NCBI GenBank assembly: GCA_902777205.1 | Contig: CACYSU010000005.1 | Span: forward strand, 9,362-73,361 | DNA length: 64,000 bases | Direction of reading: 5' to 3' | From: an uncultured Rhodospirillales bacterium | Lineage (GTDB): Bacteria > Pseudomonadota > Alphaproteobacteria > CAAGCB01 > CAG-977 | Shown here: positions 36,696 to 46,970 of the stretch, piece by piece | How positions within the stretch are numbered: the stretch's first letter is position 1 | How the letters are laid out: each line of letters begins with the position of its first letter | Made by a program: the position numbers and the translations under genes | The notes under the pieces: generated by a model | Databases searched by the model: none | Told to the model about the DNA's origin: nothing | What the model saw: the letters and a program-made list of their open reading frames with translations, nothing else

Positions 36696-38219
36696 TTAGT
36701 CAAGTGAAAAATAAGTCAGCGACCGTTCGTAGCGTTCCGGATCGGTCAGAATTTGTTTGGCGACTTCGTCTTCGACGGGGTTGTCCTTGCGCGGTTGGGG
36801 CGGGCAGGCGGCCAAAGCTTTGCGTTTGAACGAATCGTCGCCCTGCCGCCACGGTTTCAGCTGGGTTTGCGACACGGGCAAAGCGTCGGCGACGTTCGAC
36901 AGCGTCATTCCCGACGTGCACAGATTCGGGTAAATGCCGTACCCTTGCGGCGAATAGCCGGACGGCAGGGTGTATCGCGCCCATGTCAGATAGATGTGCC
37001 CGCCGTCGGGCGTGTCGTTGTCCGATTGGATGACGCCTTTGCCGAACGTCGGGGTGCCGATGACGACGCCGTGGCGGTATTCCTGCAAAACGCCGGCGAA
37101 AAATTCCGCGCTGGACGCCGTTTTGGAATCGACCAGCAGGGCGATCGGATAGACGGGGCGTTTTTTCTTGGCGGTCGAAGTGTATTCCTGTCGCGTGCCG
37201 TTCGCGCGCCCGTTCGTTTTGATGACGCTCAATCCCTCGGGCAGAAACAGGTCGGCGGCCAAAACGGCCTGCTTCAACAAACCGCCCGTGTTGCCGCGCA
37301 GGTCGATGATCAAACCGGCCGCGCCCAGCTTTTCCGCCTTTTCCAGCGTGACGCGCAGGCCGGAAACGGTTTTTTGCGAAAAAGCGGCGATCCGTATGGT
37401 CATCAGCCGGCTTTTTTCATCAAACAGGTATGTGACCGGCGACGCGGTGATCCGGCCGCGTTTCAACGCGCGCGACAACGGCTTTCCGTCGCGGCGCAGG
37501 GTCAGGAAAACCTCCGTTCCCTCTTCGCCGCGCAGCTGGTTTAAAGCCTCGATGCGGGACAGGTCGGCGATGTCGCGGCCGTTGATCGCGGAAATCCGGT
37601 CGCCGACCGTCAGGTCGGAATGTGCCGCCGGCGTGTCCGGCAGGATTTCCGTGATTTCCAGATATTTTCCGATCCGGCGGTAATTGATGCCGACGCCCGC
37701 CGGATTTTTCAGCGCGACGGGGTCGGCGGGATCCGCGCCGGTGTAATGGGAATAGGAATCGATTTTGCCCAGCGCGGCGTTCAGGAAAATATTGAAAAAC
37801 TCCTCCGCGTCGGCCTTTTGCGCCTTGCCGGAATAGGGGCGCGCCGCGACCGCCGCCGCCAAAGTCAGCCGCGACCAATCGGCGCAATCGTCGTCCGCGG
37901 GGGCGGTGAAGCTTTTTAAAATGCGGCCGTCCGCCAAAATCAAAACGCGTTTTCCGTCCTTGACAACGTTGATTTTTCCGTCGATCGACGACAGGCTTTT
38001 GACGCTTTCAAACGCCAGATCGCTGGCGCTGACGGGGATCAGCGATTTTTCCGTGATCAGTTCGCAGGCGGCGTTCAGCGTGTCGTACATCCGCGAAACG
38101 GGCAGACGGGTGTTGCCCAAAACCGTTTCCCACCACACGGGGGCGGGATGCTGTTCGCCGGCGGCCGCCGGAACAGCCGCCGTCAGACACAATAACAGGG
38201 CGGGCAGACGGCGGATCAT
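36696..38219 (-). CDS. ctpA: S41-family carboxyl-terminal processing peptidase with a PDZ domain
   Basis: Signal peptide, a PDZ domain (LTVGDRISAINGRDI), and the S41 catalytic region (LIIDLRGNTGGLL ... TASSAEFFAG). Confidence 0.85.
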   Translation of the reverse strand: MIRRLPALLLCLTAAVPAAAGEQHPAPVWWETVLGNTRLPVSRMYDTLNAACELITEKSLIPVSASDLAFESVKSLSSIDGKINVVKDGKRVLILADGRILKSFTAPADDDCADWSRLTLAAAVAARPYSGKAQKADAEEFFNIFLNAALGKIDSYSHYTGADPADPVALKNPAGVGINYRRIGKYLEITEILPDTPAAHSDLTVGDRISAINGRDIADLSRIEALNQLRGEEGTEVFLTLRRDGKPLSRALKRGRITASPVTYLFDEKSRLMTIRIAAFSQKTVSGLRVTLEKAEKLGAAGLIIDLRGNTGGLLKQAVLAADLFLPEGLSVIKTNGRANGTRQEYTSTAKKKRPVYPIALLVDSKTASSAEFFAGVLQEYRHGVVIGTPTFGKGVIQSDNDTPDGGHIYLTWARYTLPSGYSPQGYGIYPNLCTSGMTLSNVADALPVSQTQLKPWRQGDDSFKRKALAACPPQPRKDNPVEDEVAKQILTDPERYERSLTYFSLD

Positions 38220-38220
38220 G

Positions 38221-40485
38221 TCATTTCCTTTTGCGTTTGCGGGCGTTTTGACGCCGCTGCGGATCGGCTTTTTTCTTTTTCCTGCGCGCTTTGGCGGTTT
38301 TCGGAGGCAGGGGGCGCTTTGGCCGCTTTTCCCCCGATCCGACGATGTGGAACAGCAATCCGCCCGTGACCGGCGACGCTTCGGCCAAAGTCATTGTGAC
38401 GTGTTCGCCCAGCTCGAACACCGCGCCGGTGGACGAACCGTACAGGCGGTGGCGTTCCTCGTCATGGACGTAATAATCGTTCGGCAGGGTGGAAATCGGG
38501 ATCAATCCGTCCGCGCCGATGTCGTCCACGGTGACGAACAGGCCGAACCGGCTGACGCCGTTGACGACGCCGCCGAACCGTTCGCCGATCCTGTCTTTCA
38601 GGTACGCGGACAGATAGCGGTCTTCCGCGTCGCGTTCGGCCGCGGCGGCGCGCCGTTCCGTCGCGGAAATATGTTCGCCCAGATCGACCATGTCGCACGT
38701 GATGTCGCCGTCTTCGTCGATCAGTCCGTCGTTCCCCAGTTTCAGGGCGGAAATCAGTCCGCGGTGAACCAGCAGATCGGCGTAGCGGCGGATCGGGGAC
38801 GTGAAATGCGCGTATTTTTCCAACGCCAGCCCGAAATGGCCGAGGTTTTCGGGGCTGTAGCGCGCTTGGCTTTGCGACCGCAGGATCAGTTCGTTGATCA
38901 TGCCCGCGCGCGGGGTGCCGCGCACCTTGTCCAAAACCGTGTTGATGTCGTCGTTGCGCAGCTTGCCCAATTTGCCCGCCTTGATCCCCAGCGTTCCCAA
39001 AAACGTCTGCAGGGCGGCGGCTTTTTCCGCGCTTGGCGGTTCGTGGACGCGGTACATGGCGGGGACGTCCTTTTCCTCCAGCGTTTCGGCGGCGGCGACG
39101 TTGGCCAGAATCATAAACTCTTCGACCGTTTTGTGGCTGTCCAGCCGTTCGCGCGGAGTGATGGAGGCGACTTGCCCGTCTTTGTCCAACCGTATCTCGC
39201 GTTCGATCACGTCCAGATCCAGCGCACCGCGCTTTTCCCGCGCCGCGTTCAAAACCAGAAACGCGCCGCGCAAATCCATGATGTGGCGGCGCAGGTCTTC
39301 GTTCATTTCGGGCATTTTGCCGTCGTAAACGTTTTGAACCTCGTGATAATTCAGTCGGGCGGCGGAACGCATCATCGCGCGCACGAATTTTTTGGAGATC
39401 AGCTTGCCGTGCCTGTCGATCCGCATATCGGCCGCGATGCAGGGGCGGTCTTTGGCGGGCTGCAGGGAACACAGGTCGGTGGACAGCTTTTCCGGCAGCA
39501 TCGGCACGCACCGGTCGGGGAAATAGACCGAATTGCCGCGTTCGCGCGCGCAATCGTCCAGCGGCGTTCCGGGACGCACGAAATACGCCACGTCGGCGAT
39601 GGCGACGATGATGCGCCAACCGTCTTTGTTGTCTTTGCCGTCGTCCGGTTCGGCGAATACGGCGTCGTCGAAATCGCGCGCGTCTTCGCCGTCGATAGTG
39701 ACAAGGGGAACGTTGCGCAAATCGGTGCGGTGTTTCATATCGGGCAGCTTTGCCTTTTCCGCCTGTTTCAACGCTTCGGGCGAAAAATCCGTCGGTATGG
39801 CGTGCAGGCGCAGCGCGATCAGGCTGGCGGCGCGGGGAGCATCGGCGCGGCCGACAACCTCGACAACGCGGGCGCGGCGCGTCGTGGCGCCGAATGTGGA
39901 ATCCAGCACTTCGGCGACGACGACATCGCCGTTTTTGGCTTTGCCCGCGTGATCGGAATCGACGATGTAGTTTTGGCGCAGGCGACGGTCAACGGACAGG
40001 ATGCGCCCGCCTTTGCCGGATGTCGTGTCGAACACGCCGACGATGCGTTCGGGTTTGATCGACAGGCGGCGGACGACCGCGCCGTGAAAGAATTTCTTTC
40101 CTTTCGGCGTCAGTTTCAGCAGCACCAGATCGCCCTCGGCCGGCGGCGGGCGCAAACGCCCCAAATCGGTGATCAGGATTTGCGGTTTTGCCGTCGGTTT
40201 GTCCCAATTCAACGGGCGCGCGACCAATTCGCCGTTGGAATCCGATCCCGTGATTTCGCATTGGCAATATTCGGGCAGACCGTCTGCCGGTACCATTTTT
40301 TTGCCGGCCGACATTTCAATTTTGCCGGACGATTTCAAATCCTTGAGCATTCCCTTCAGCTTTGCCCTGTCGTCGCCCTTGACGTGAAAAGCGCGGGCGA
40401 TTTCGCGTTTGCCGGCGCCGGCGTTTTCATTCAAAAACGCGATCAATTCGTCCATGGCGGGCAGGGGGGCTTTGGATTTGCTCAT
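38221..40485 (-). CDS. rnr: Ribonuclease R
   Basis: 754 aa. An RNB catalytic domain (DGEDARDFDDAV), a C-terminal S1 domain, and a basic tail (KKKKADPQRRQNARKRKRK). Confidence 0.9.
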   Translation of the reverse strand: MSKSKAPLPAMDELIAFLNENAGAGKREIARAFHVKGDDRAKLKGMLKDLKSSGKIEMSAGKKMVPADGLPEYCQCEITGSDSNGELVARPLNWDKPTAKPQILITDLGRLRPPPAEGDLVLLKLTPKGKKFFHGAVVRRLSIKPERIVGVFDTTSGKGGRILSVDRRLRQNYIVDSDHAGKAKNGDVVVAEVLDSTFGATTRRARVVEVVGRADAPRAASLIALRLHAIPTDFSPEALKQAEKAKLPDMKHRTDLRNVPLVTIDGEDARDFDDAVFAEPDDGKDNKDGWRIIVAIADVAYFVRPGTPLDDCARERGNSVYFPDRCVPMLPEKLSTDLCSLQPAKDRPCIAADMRIDRHGKLISKKFVRAMMRSAARLNYHEVQNVYDGKMPEMNEDLRRHIMDLRGAFLVLNAAREKRGALDLDVIEREIRLDKDGQVASITPRERLDSHKTVEEFMILANVAAAETLEEKDVPAMYRVHEPPSAEKAAALQTFLGTLGIKAGKLGKLRNDDINTVLDKVRGTPRAGMINELILRSQSQARYSPENLGHFGLALEKYAHFTSPIRRYADLLVHRGLISALKLGNDGLIDEDGDITCDMVDLGEHISATERRAAAAERDAEDRYLSAYLKDRIGERFGGVVNGVSRFGLFVTVDDIGADGLIPISTLPNDYYVHDEERHRLYGSSTGAVFELGEHVTMTLAEASPVTGGLLFHIVGSGEKRPKRPLPPKTAKARRKKKKADPQRRQNARKRKRK

Positions 40486-43085
40486 TCTTTTTTCGCCTTG
40501 GTTGTTTTCTTGGCGGCGGTTTTCTTTGTCGCCGTCTTTTTGGCCGCGGCCGCCTTTTTCGGGGCGGCTTTGGGTTTCTTTTCAGCCTTTGTCGCCAACA
40601 GGGCGACGGCTTCCTCCATCGTCGGCAAACGGTTTTCGTCGCGGATCGCTTTGGGGATCGAGGCGATGACGGAACCGTGCTTGATATAGGGGCCGAACCG
40701 GCCGGAACTGGCCACAACAGGCTTGCCGTCGGCGGGGTGCGAACCGATTTCCTGCGGCGGCGTCTTTTCCTTGACGTTCGCCAGCAATTCCAGCGCGCGG
40801 GACAGTCCGATCGTCAGGACATTGTCCGCGGCCGTCAGGGATTTGAACGTCGAACCGATTTTCAGGTAAGGGCCGAACCGCCCGATTCCCGCTTGGATTT
40901 CCTGACCGTTGTCGGGATTGACGCCCAATGTACGCGGCAGGGCGAGCAGCGCGACCGCCTGTTCCAGCGTCACGTCGGCGGGGTTCATGTTGCGGGGCAG
41001 GGACGTGCGTTTCGTCGTCGATTTTTCCTTCTTTTCCCCTTTGGCGGCCTTTGGTGCGTCCTTGCCCTGCTGGACGTACCAGCCGTAGGGGCCTTTGCGC
41101 AGAACGACGTTTTCGCCGTCATGCGTTCCCAATTCGCGCACGTCGGATTCCTCGGCGGCCGTTTCTTCGGTCGTCTGCGCGCCGAACGGGCGGGTGTAGC
41201 GGCATTCCGGATAGTTGGAACAACCGATGAACGCGCCGAATTTCCCGATTTTCAAGCTCAGCCGCCCGCCTTTGGTCGCGCCGCATTCGGGGCAGACGCG
41301 GTCGGCGGGGTCGGGGAACAGGTGTTCGGACAGGCTTTCCTCCAACCGGTTCAAAACGTCCGTGATCGTCAGCGGTTCGACGCTTTTGACCGTCGTGTCG
41401 AACTGCGCCCAGAAATCGCGCAGCAACGCTTTCCAATCCAGTTTGTCGGCGGACACGTCGTCCAGCGCGTTTTCCAGATCGGCGGTGAAGTCGTACTGGA
41501 CGTATTTGTTGAAAAAGTTTTCCATGAACGCCGTCACGATGCGGCCGCGGTCTTCGGGAATGAAGCGGCGTTTTTCCAACCGGACGTAGTTGCGTTCCTG
41601 CAAAACGGACAGGATCGACGCGTAGGTGGACGGTCGGCCGATGCCCAGTTCCTCCAGCTTTTTAACCAGACTGGCTTCGGAATAGCGGGGCGGCGGCTGG
41701 GTGAAATGCTGTTCGGGGCGGACGACGGCCAGATCCAGCGCTTCGCCGGTTTTCATGGCGGGCAGGATCGCGCCGTTTTCTTCGTCCCCGTCGTCCAGAT
41801 CTTCGTGATACACGCGCAGGAAACCGTCGAAAGACACGGCCTGTCCCGTCGCGCGCAAAACGATTTTCCCGTCGCGGGACGGGCAGTCAACCGCCATTTT
41901 GTCGATTTCCGCGCTTTGCATCTGCGACGCCAGAGCGCGTTTGTAAACCAGTTCGTACAGGGCTTTCATGTCCTTGTTCAAATACCGCGCCATCTGTTCG
42001 GGGCGGCGGTGCAGGGACGTGGGGCGGATCGCTTCGTGCGCTTCCTGCGCGTTTTTGACGTTGTTTTTGTAATAGCGCGGTTTTTCGGGCAGGTATTTGT
42101 CCCCGAAATCGTCCGCGATGACCGACCGCGATTCGGCGATCGCCTCTTGCGCCATTTGGATGCCGTCGGTACGCATATAGGTGATCAGACCGACGGTTTC
42201 GCCGCCGATGTCAACGCCTTCGTACAGCTGCTGCGCCAGCTGCATTGTCTTTTTCGCGGAAAAGAACAGCTTGCGCGCCGCTTCCTGCTGCAGGGTCGAA
42301 GTCGTGAACGGAGGCGCGGGAGAGCGTTTGACCGTTTTGCGTTCGATTTCGCCGACATCGAAATTCGCGGATTCAATCTTTTTTTGCGCCGATTTCGCGT
42401 CGGTTTCGTTGGCCAAAGTGAACTTGCCCAGCTTTTTGCCGTCCAAAACGGACAGGTGCGCGGTGAACCGGTCGGCGCGCAAAGTGGCCAGATCGGCGTC
42501 GATCGTCCAATATTCCTGCGCTTTGAACGCTTCGATTTCATTTTCGCGGTCGCACACCAGACGCAGGGCGACGGACTGCACGCGGCCGGCCGAACGGCTG
42601 CCCGGCAGCTTGCGCCACAAAACGGGCGAAATCGTAAAGCCGACCAGATAGTCCAAAGCGCGGCGCGCCAGATACGCGTCAACCAAAGGCATATCGACTT
42701 CGCGCGGGTGTTTCATGGCGTTGGTGACGGCGGCCTTGGTGATTTCGTTGAACACGACGCGCTTTAACGTTTTGCCTTTCAGCTTGCCGCGTTTGGTCAG
42801 TTCCTGCACGACGTGCCACGCGATGGCCTCCCCCTCTCTGTCAGGGTCGGTGGCGAGATAGACGGTGTCGGCCTTGGCGACGGCGGTCGCGATGGCTTTG
42901 ATGTGCTTTTCGTCCTTGGGTTCGATCGCCCAGTCCATGGCGAAATCCTCGTCGGGGCGCACCGATCCGTTTTTGGCGGGCAGATCGCGGATGTGTCCGA
43001 AACTGGCGATGACTTCGTAGCCGTTTCCCAGATATTTGTTGATTGTTTTCGCTTTCGCGGGAGATTCGACGATAACAACGTCCAT
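40482..43085 (-). CDS. topA: DNA topoisomerase I
   Basis: MDVVIVESPAKAKTINKYLG Toprim N-terminus, the active-site region, C-terminal Zn-ribbon repeats and a Lys-rich tail. It overlaps rnr by 4 nt. Confidence 0.95.
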   Translation of the reverse strand: MDVVIVESPAKAKTINKYLGNGYEVIASFGHIRDLPAKNGSVRPDEDFAMDWAIEPKDEKHIKAIATAVAKADTVYLATDPDREGEAIAWHVVQELTKRGKLKGKTLKRVVFNEITKAAVTNAMKHPREVDMPLVDAYLARRALDYLVGFTISPVLWRKLPGSRSAGRVQSVALRLVCDRENEIEAFKAQEYWTIDADLATLRADRFTAHLSVLDGKKLGKFTLANETDAKSAQKKIESANFDVGEIERKTVKRSPAPPFTTSTLQQEAARKLFFSAKKTMQLAQQLYEGVDIGGETVGLITYMRTDGIQMAQEAIAESRSVIADDFGDKYLPEKPRYYKNNVKNAQEAHEAIRPTSLHRRPEQMARYLNKDMKALYELVYKRALASQMQSAEIDKMAVDCPSRDGKIVLRATGQAVSFDGFLRVYHEDLDDGDEENGAILPAMKTGEALDLAVVRPEQHFTQPPPRYSEASLVKKLEELGIGRPSTYASILSVLQERNYVRLEKRRFIPEDRGRIVTAFMENFFNKYVQYDFTADLENALDDVSADKLDWKALLRDFWAQFDTTVKSVEPLTITDVLNRLEESLSEHLFPDPADRVCPECGATKGGRLSLKIGKFGAFIGCSNYPECRYTRPFGAQTTEETAAEESDVRELGTHDGENVVLRKGPYGWYVQQGKDAPKAAKGEKKEKSTTKRTSLPRNMNPADVTLEQAVALLALPRTLGVNPDNGQEIQAGIGRFGPYLKIGSTFKSLTAADNVLTIGLSRALELLANVKEKTPPQEIGSHPADGKPVVASSGRFGPYIKHGSVIASIPKAIRDENRLPTMEEAVALLATKAEKKPKAAPKKAAAAKKTATKKTAAKKTTKAKKE

Positions 43086-43097
43086 GACCGTTAGACC

Positions 43098-44222
43098 TTA
43101 TAAAGAAGTGATGCGCATAACCTTGTTCCCCGGCAGGCGTTCGATCCGTCCCGCCAGTTCCAATTCCACCAATAAAACCGAAATCGTTCCGGCTGGCAAG
43201 CCCGTTTCGCGAATCAGGCTGTCGATTTCCACCGGCGCGCCGTCCAGCAGGGACAAAACGTCCGTCCTGTCGCGTTCGGCCGGTTCGCCGTAAACCGCGG
43301 GGGCGGCTTCGGTTTCCGGCCGCTTCGCCTTTTTTTCGGAAAAGGCGAACAGCGTGTTCGACTGCAGGTGTTCCAAAATGTCTTCGGCGCTTTCGACCAA
43401 AGGCGCGCCGTTTTTAATCAGCAGATTCACGCCTTTCGCGCGGTCGTCCGTCGGCGTCGCGGGGACGGCGAAAACATCCTTGCCCTGTTCCAACGCCTTG
43501 TTCGCCGTGATCAGCGATCCGGAGCGCAGGGCGGCTTCGATGACGACCAGACCGATCGACAGGCCGGAAATGATGCGGTTGCGCTGGGGGAAATTCGACG
43601 GCTGCGGGTTCGTGTGCAGGGGCAGTTCGGAAACGACGACGCCCTTTTGCCGTATTTCGTCGTACAGCCGGCGGTTTTGCGGCGGATAGGGGATGTCAAC
43701 GCCCGTGCCCAGCACCGCCGTCGTGGACGCCGACGGATTGTCCGCGTGCAACGCCCCGTCGTGCGCCGCGCCGTCAATGCCCAACGCCATGCCGGACACC
43801 GTGCCGTATCCCGCCCGCGCCAGATCCAGCGCGATGTGGCGGGCAATGTTGCGGCCGTTGATTGACGCGTTGCGCGTGCCGACAATGGCGATTTGCGGCG
43901 TTTTCAAAAAAGCTTTGTCGCCCAGCGCCGTCAGCACGGGGGGCGCGTCCGGCAGCGCCGCCAGCAATTCCGGATAGTCCGGATCGTCCAGAAAAATCAT
44001 TTCCGCGCCGATTTTAGCGGCTTCCTCGAATTCCTTTTCCGCCTGCGTTGCCGAACAGATGTTCAGCGGGCGTCTGGAACCGCCCTTGCGCGCCCGTTCG
44101 GGCAGGGCGTCCAAAGCGTCGCGCGCGGATTTGAAATGCCGCATCAGGACGCGGAAAGTGACCGCCCCGACGTTTTCAGAGCGAAACAAGCGCAGACGGT
44201 CGATTTTCTCTTCGTATTTCAA
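43098..44222 (-). CDS. dprA: DNA-processing protein DprA (Smf)
   Basis: Rossmann-like DprA core (IAIVGTRNAS ... MALGIDGAAH ... VVIEAALRSGSLITA) and a C-terminal winged helix. Confidence 0.9.
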   Translation of the reverse strand: MKYEEKIDRLRLFRSENVGAVTFRVLMRHFKSARDALDALPERARKGGSRRPLNICSATQAEKEFEEAAKIGAEMIFLDDPDYPELLAALPDAPPVLTALGDKAFLKTPQIAIVGTRNASINGRNIARHIALDLARAGYGTVSGMALGIDGAAHDGALHADNPSASTTAVLGTGVDIPYPPQNRRLYDEIRQKGVVVSELPLHTNPQPSNFPQRNRIISGLSIGLVVIEAALRSGSLITANKALEQGKDVFAVPATPTDDRAKGVNLLIKNGAPLVESAEDILEHLQSNTLFAFSEKKAKRPETEAAPAVYGEPAERDRTDVLSLLDGAPVEIDSLIRETGLPAGTISVLLVELELAGRIERLPGNKVMRITSL

Positions 44223-44226
44223 AGGG

Positions 44227-44847
44227 TTATTCCGCCTTTTTCTTCAACTTGATCTTGCTTTCCTCGCCGTGGATCAAACGGGCGATGTTGGAACGGTGGC
44301 GGATGACCGACAGAACGGCCAGAAAGCTGTAGAACCAGACGTATTCCGGCGTCGCGAAGTAATAAGCGTAAACGGGCGCCAAGATCAGCGCGGTCAGCGC
44401 CGACAGCGAGGAATAGCGGAAAACCAGCGCCATGGCCAGCCACGTCACGCACGACAGCAACCCCGCCTGCCAGCACGTCGCCAGCAGCATCCCCAGCGTC
44501 GCGGCGACGCCTTTGCCGCCTTTGAATTTCAGCCAAACCGGAAAGTTGTGTCCCAAAACGCCCGCCGTGCCGGCGATCAGCGCGGCGGTGTCGCTGGTGC
44601 CTTCTTCGGGCACACAGTAATAGGCGATGCCGGCCGCCAAAGCCGCCTTGCCCGAATCGAACAACAGGGTCAGCAAAGCCAGATCCTTGCGCCCCGTGCG
44701 CAAAACGTTGGTCGCGCCGATGTTGCCCGACCCGATTTTGCGGATGTCGCCCAGCCCCGCCAAACGGGTGAAAACGATGCCGAACGGGATGGAACCCAGC
44801 AGATAGCCCAAAATGCCGGACAGGATGAGAAGAGTCGTGTCGCTCAT
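44227..44847 (-). CDS. plsY: Glycerol-3-phosphate acyltransferase PlsY
   Basis: GSIPFG, GSGNIGATN and HNFPVWLKFKGGKG motifs. It is 206 aa. Confidence 0.9.
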   Translation of the reverse strand: MSDTTLLILSGILGYLLGSIPFGIVFTRLAGLGDIRKIGSGNIGATNVLRTGRKDLALLTLLFDSGKAALAAGIAYYCVPEEGTSDTAALIAGTAGVLGHNFPVWLKFKGGKGVAATLGMLLATCWQAGLLSCVTWLAMALVFRYSSLSALTALILAPVYAYYFATPEYVWFYSFLAVLSVIRHRSNIARLIHGEESKIKLKKKAE

Positions 44848-44865
44848 GACGGATGCTCCGATTAA

Positions 44866-45861
44866 TCAGTTTTGAATAGAGGATATAACCTTATTGACCG
44901 CTTCTGCAACAGTTTTGAAAGAAACGTCGGGGGAAAACAGCGTTTCCGTCAGCGTTCTGCGCCACGCGGCCGCGCCGGCGCACCCTTTGAACAGGTTCAG
45001 CCAGTGTTTGGCGATCACATGGGGGCGGACGCCGCTTTCCATGTTTTTTTGCAAATAGGGCAGCATGGCGCGCACGGCGTCGGCGCGGGACACGTCATCC
45101 GTTTTTTCGCCGAAAACCACTCTGTCCGCGGCGGCCAGCAGATACGGATCGCCATAGGCCGCGCGCCCGATCATCACGCCGTCAACGTGTTCCAGATGCC
45201 GCAGCGCCGCGTCAAGGGAGGCGACGCTGCCGTTGACGGAAACCGTCGCGTCGGGAAAGGCGGATTTGAACCGGTAAACCAGATCGTAGTTCAGCTGCGG
45301 CCGTTCCCTGTTCTGTTTCGGCGTCCACCCTTTCAGCCGCGCTTTGCGGGCGTGGATGATGAAATCGCCGCATCCGGCCGCGCGCGCCATTTCCGCGCAC
45401 CGGCGCAAATCGTCGAATCCGTCGGAATCCGGCGTGTCCTCCTCCAGCGCGATGCGGGTTTTCAGGGAAACGGGGACGCCGGCGTTTTCCCTCATCGCCT
45501 GCAGGCAATCGGCGATCAACGCCGGATCGCGCCGCATCGCCGCGCCGAAACATCCGGCGGACACGCGTTCGGACGGGCATCCCGCGTTCAAATTCACGCC
45601 GTCGTAACGAAAGCCGCGCGCAATGCGGCAGGCTTTGCCCAACAGTTCGGGATCCGATCCGCCCAGTTGCAGGATGAGCGGATGTTCGTCGCCGTCATAG
45701 GCCAGCAGCTTTTCCGCGTCGCCGAAAACGATTGCCTGCGCCGTGATCATTTCGCTGTACAGCAGGGTGCGGCGCGTCAAACGGCGCGCGAAATAACGAA
45801 AGTGCCTGTCCGTCCAATCCATCATCGGGGCGACGGACAGACGTCCCGCGAAAACGGTCAT
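44866..45861 (-). CDS. dusA: tRNA-dihydrouridine synthase A
   Basis: VAPMMDWTDRHFR ... NLNAGCP ... HARKA. It is 331 aa. Confidence 0.85.
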   Translation of the reverse strand: MTVFAGRLSVAPMMDWTDRHFRYFARRLTRRTLLYSEMITAQAIVFGDAEKLLAYDGDEHPLILQLGGSDPELLGKACRIARGFRYDGVNLNAGCPSERVSAGCFGAAMRRDPALIADCLQAMRENAGVPVSLKTRIALEEDTPDSDGFDDLRRCAEMARAAGCGDFIIHARKARLKGWTPKQNRERPQLNYDLVYRFKSAFPDATVSVNGSVASLDAALRHLEHVDGVMIGRAAYGDPYLLAAADRVVFGEKTDDVSRADAVRAMLPYLQKNMESGVRPHVIAKHWLNLFKGCAGAAAWRRTLTETLFSPDVSFKTVAEAVNKVISSIQN

Positions 45862-46829
45862 GGCAGCGCCGCCAGATGATTCAGCAGCATTTCCTTGAAC
45901 GCGTCCCTGGCCACTTTGTGCGTGACCAGACAGTTGCGTTTGACGCCTTCTTCAAACGTGGTCATGCCGAATTTTTCGTCGTTCGCGTCGGTGTTGACCT
46001 GCACCGTGCCGTACCGGCCGGAAAACAGGGCGGGGCGGATCAGGCACCCCACGGCGCACGGGTCGTACAGGGACGTTCCCGTTTCCGGCGCGACGCCGTC
46101 CTTGTTCAAACGGGCAAGATGTTCGGACAGGACTTTCGCCGTGCGTTCCAGCAGATCAGCGCTCATCGACGCGCAGCGCGTGTTCAGGTCGCGCATTTTT
46201 TCGATGTATTCCTTTTCCGCGGTCGCCTGCATACCGACTTCCATCGGGATGACGGTGACGCGTTCGGCCAAATCGAACACGATCTGCGCGGCGTGCGGGT
46301 CGGCCAGCATATTGAATTCGGCATAAGGCGTCGAATTGCCGCGGGGGCCGTCTTCGCAAAACGCGCCGCCCATGATGATCAGTTCGCGGATTCTGGAAAC
46401 GGTCTTCGGTTCTTTTAAAAAGACGGTGGCGATGTTCGTCAGCGGGCCGATCGCGACGATCGACACTTCGCGTTCGGGGGATTTCATCAACGTTTTGATG
46501 ATGAAATCGACGGCGTTTTCCTCTTCCCCTTTATAAGAGGGCGTGCCGAAATCCAATCCGGCCAAGCCGTCCGAACCATGCACCCATTCGGCGTTGAACG
46601 TCGGGCGTTTCAATGGGCGGTCGCATCCTTTATAGACGGGAATGTCCGTGTGCCACGCGAAATCGCACACGCGGCGCGCGTTTAATTCGGCCTTGTCAAC
46701 CGTGACGTTGCCGTTGACCGCCGTGATGCCGACGATTTCCAAATCGGGGTCGGCCATGGCCATGAACAAAGCGATTGCGTCGTCGATCCCCGGATCCGTG
46801 TCGATGATGATTTTAGTTTTCGCGCCCAT
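45858..46829 (-). CDS. Inosine-uridine preferring nucleoside hydrolase family protein
   Basis: N-terminal DTDPGIDDAIALFMA Ca2+-binding aspartate cluster. It is 323 aa. Confidence 0.85.
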   Translation of the reverse strand: MGAKTKIIIDTDPGIDDAIALFMAMADPDLEIVGITAVNGNVTVDKAELNARRVCDFAWHTDIPVYKGCDRPLKRPTFNAEWVHGSDGLAGLDFGTPSYKGEEENAVDFIIKTLMKSPEREVSIVAIGPLTNIATVFLKEPKTVSRIRELIIMGGAFCEDGPRGNSTPYAEFNMLADPHAAQIVFDLAERVTVIPMEVGMQATAEKEYIEKMRDLNTRCASMSADLLERTAKVLSEHLARLNKDGVAPETGTSLYDPCAVGCLIRPALFSGRYGTVQVNTDANDEKFGMTTFEEGVKRNCLVTHKVARDAFKEMLLNHLAALP

Positions 46830-46910
46830 GGCCGCTTTCCTCCGTCAAAATGTCAAAGTGTGTTGAAAATATAGGCGGCGGACGGATAAATCAATTCTTT
46901 TTGTGACGGC

Positions 46911-46945
46911 AAAAGAAAACGGCCGCGTTCAATCCGCCGCGGCCG
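46911..46945 (-). terminator. Rho-independent terminator of rpoD
   Basis: On the minus strand: CGGCCGCG-loop-CGCGGCCG followed by UUUUCUUUU, 26 nt after the rpoD stop. Confidence 0.5.
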
Positions 46946-46970
46946 CCTGTTTCTTTTATCAAATTCCGGT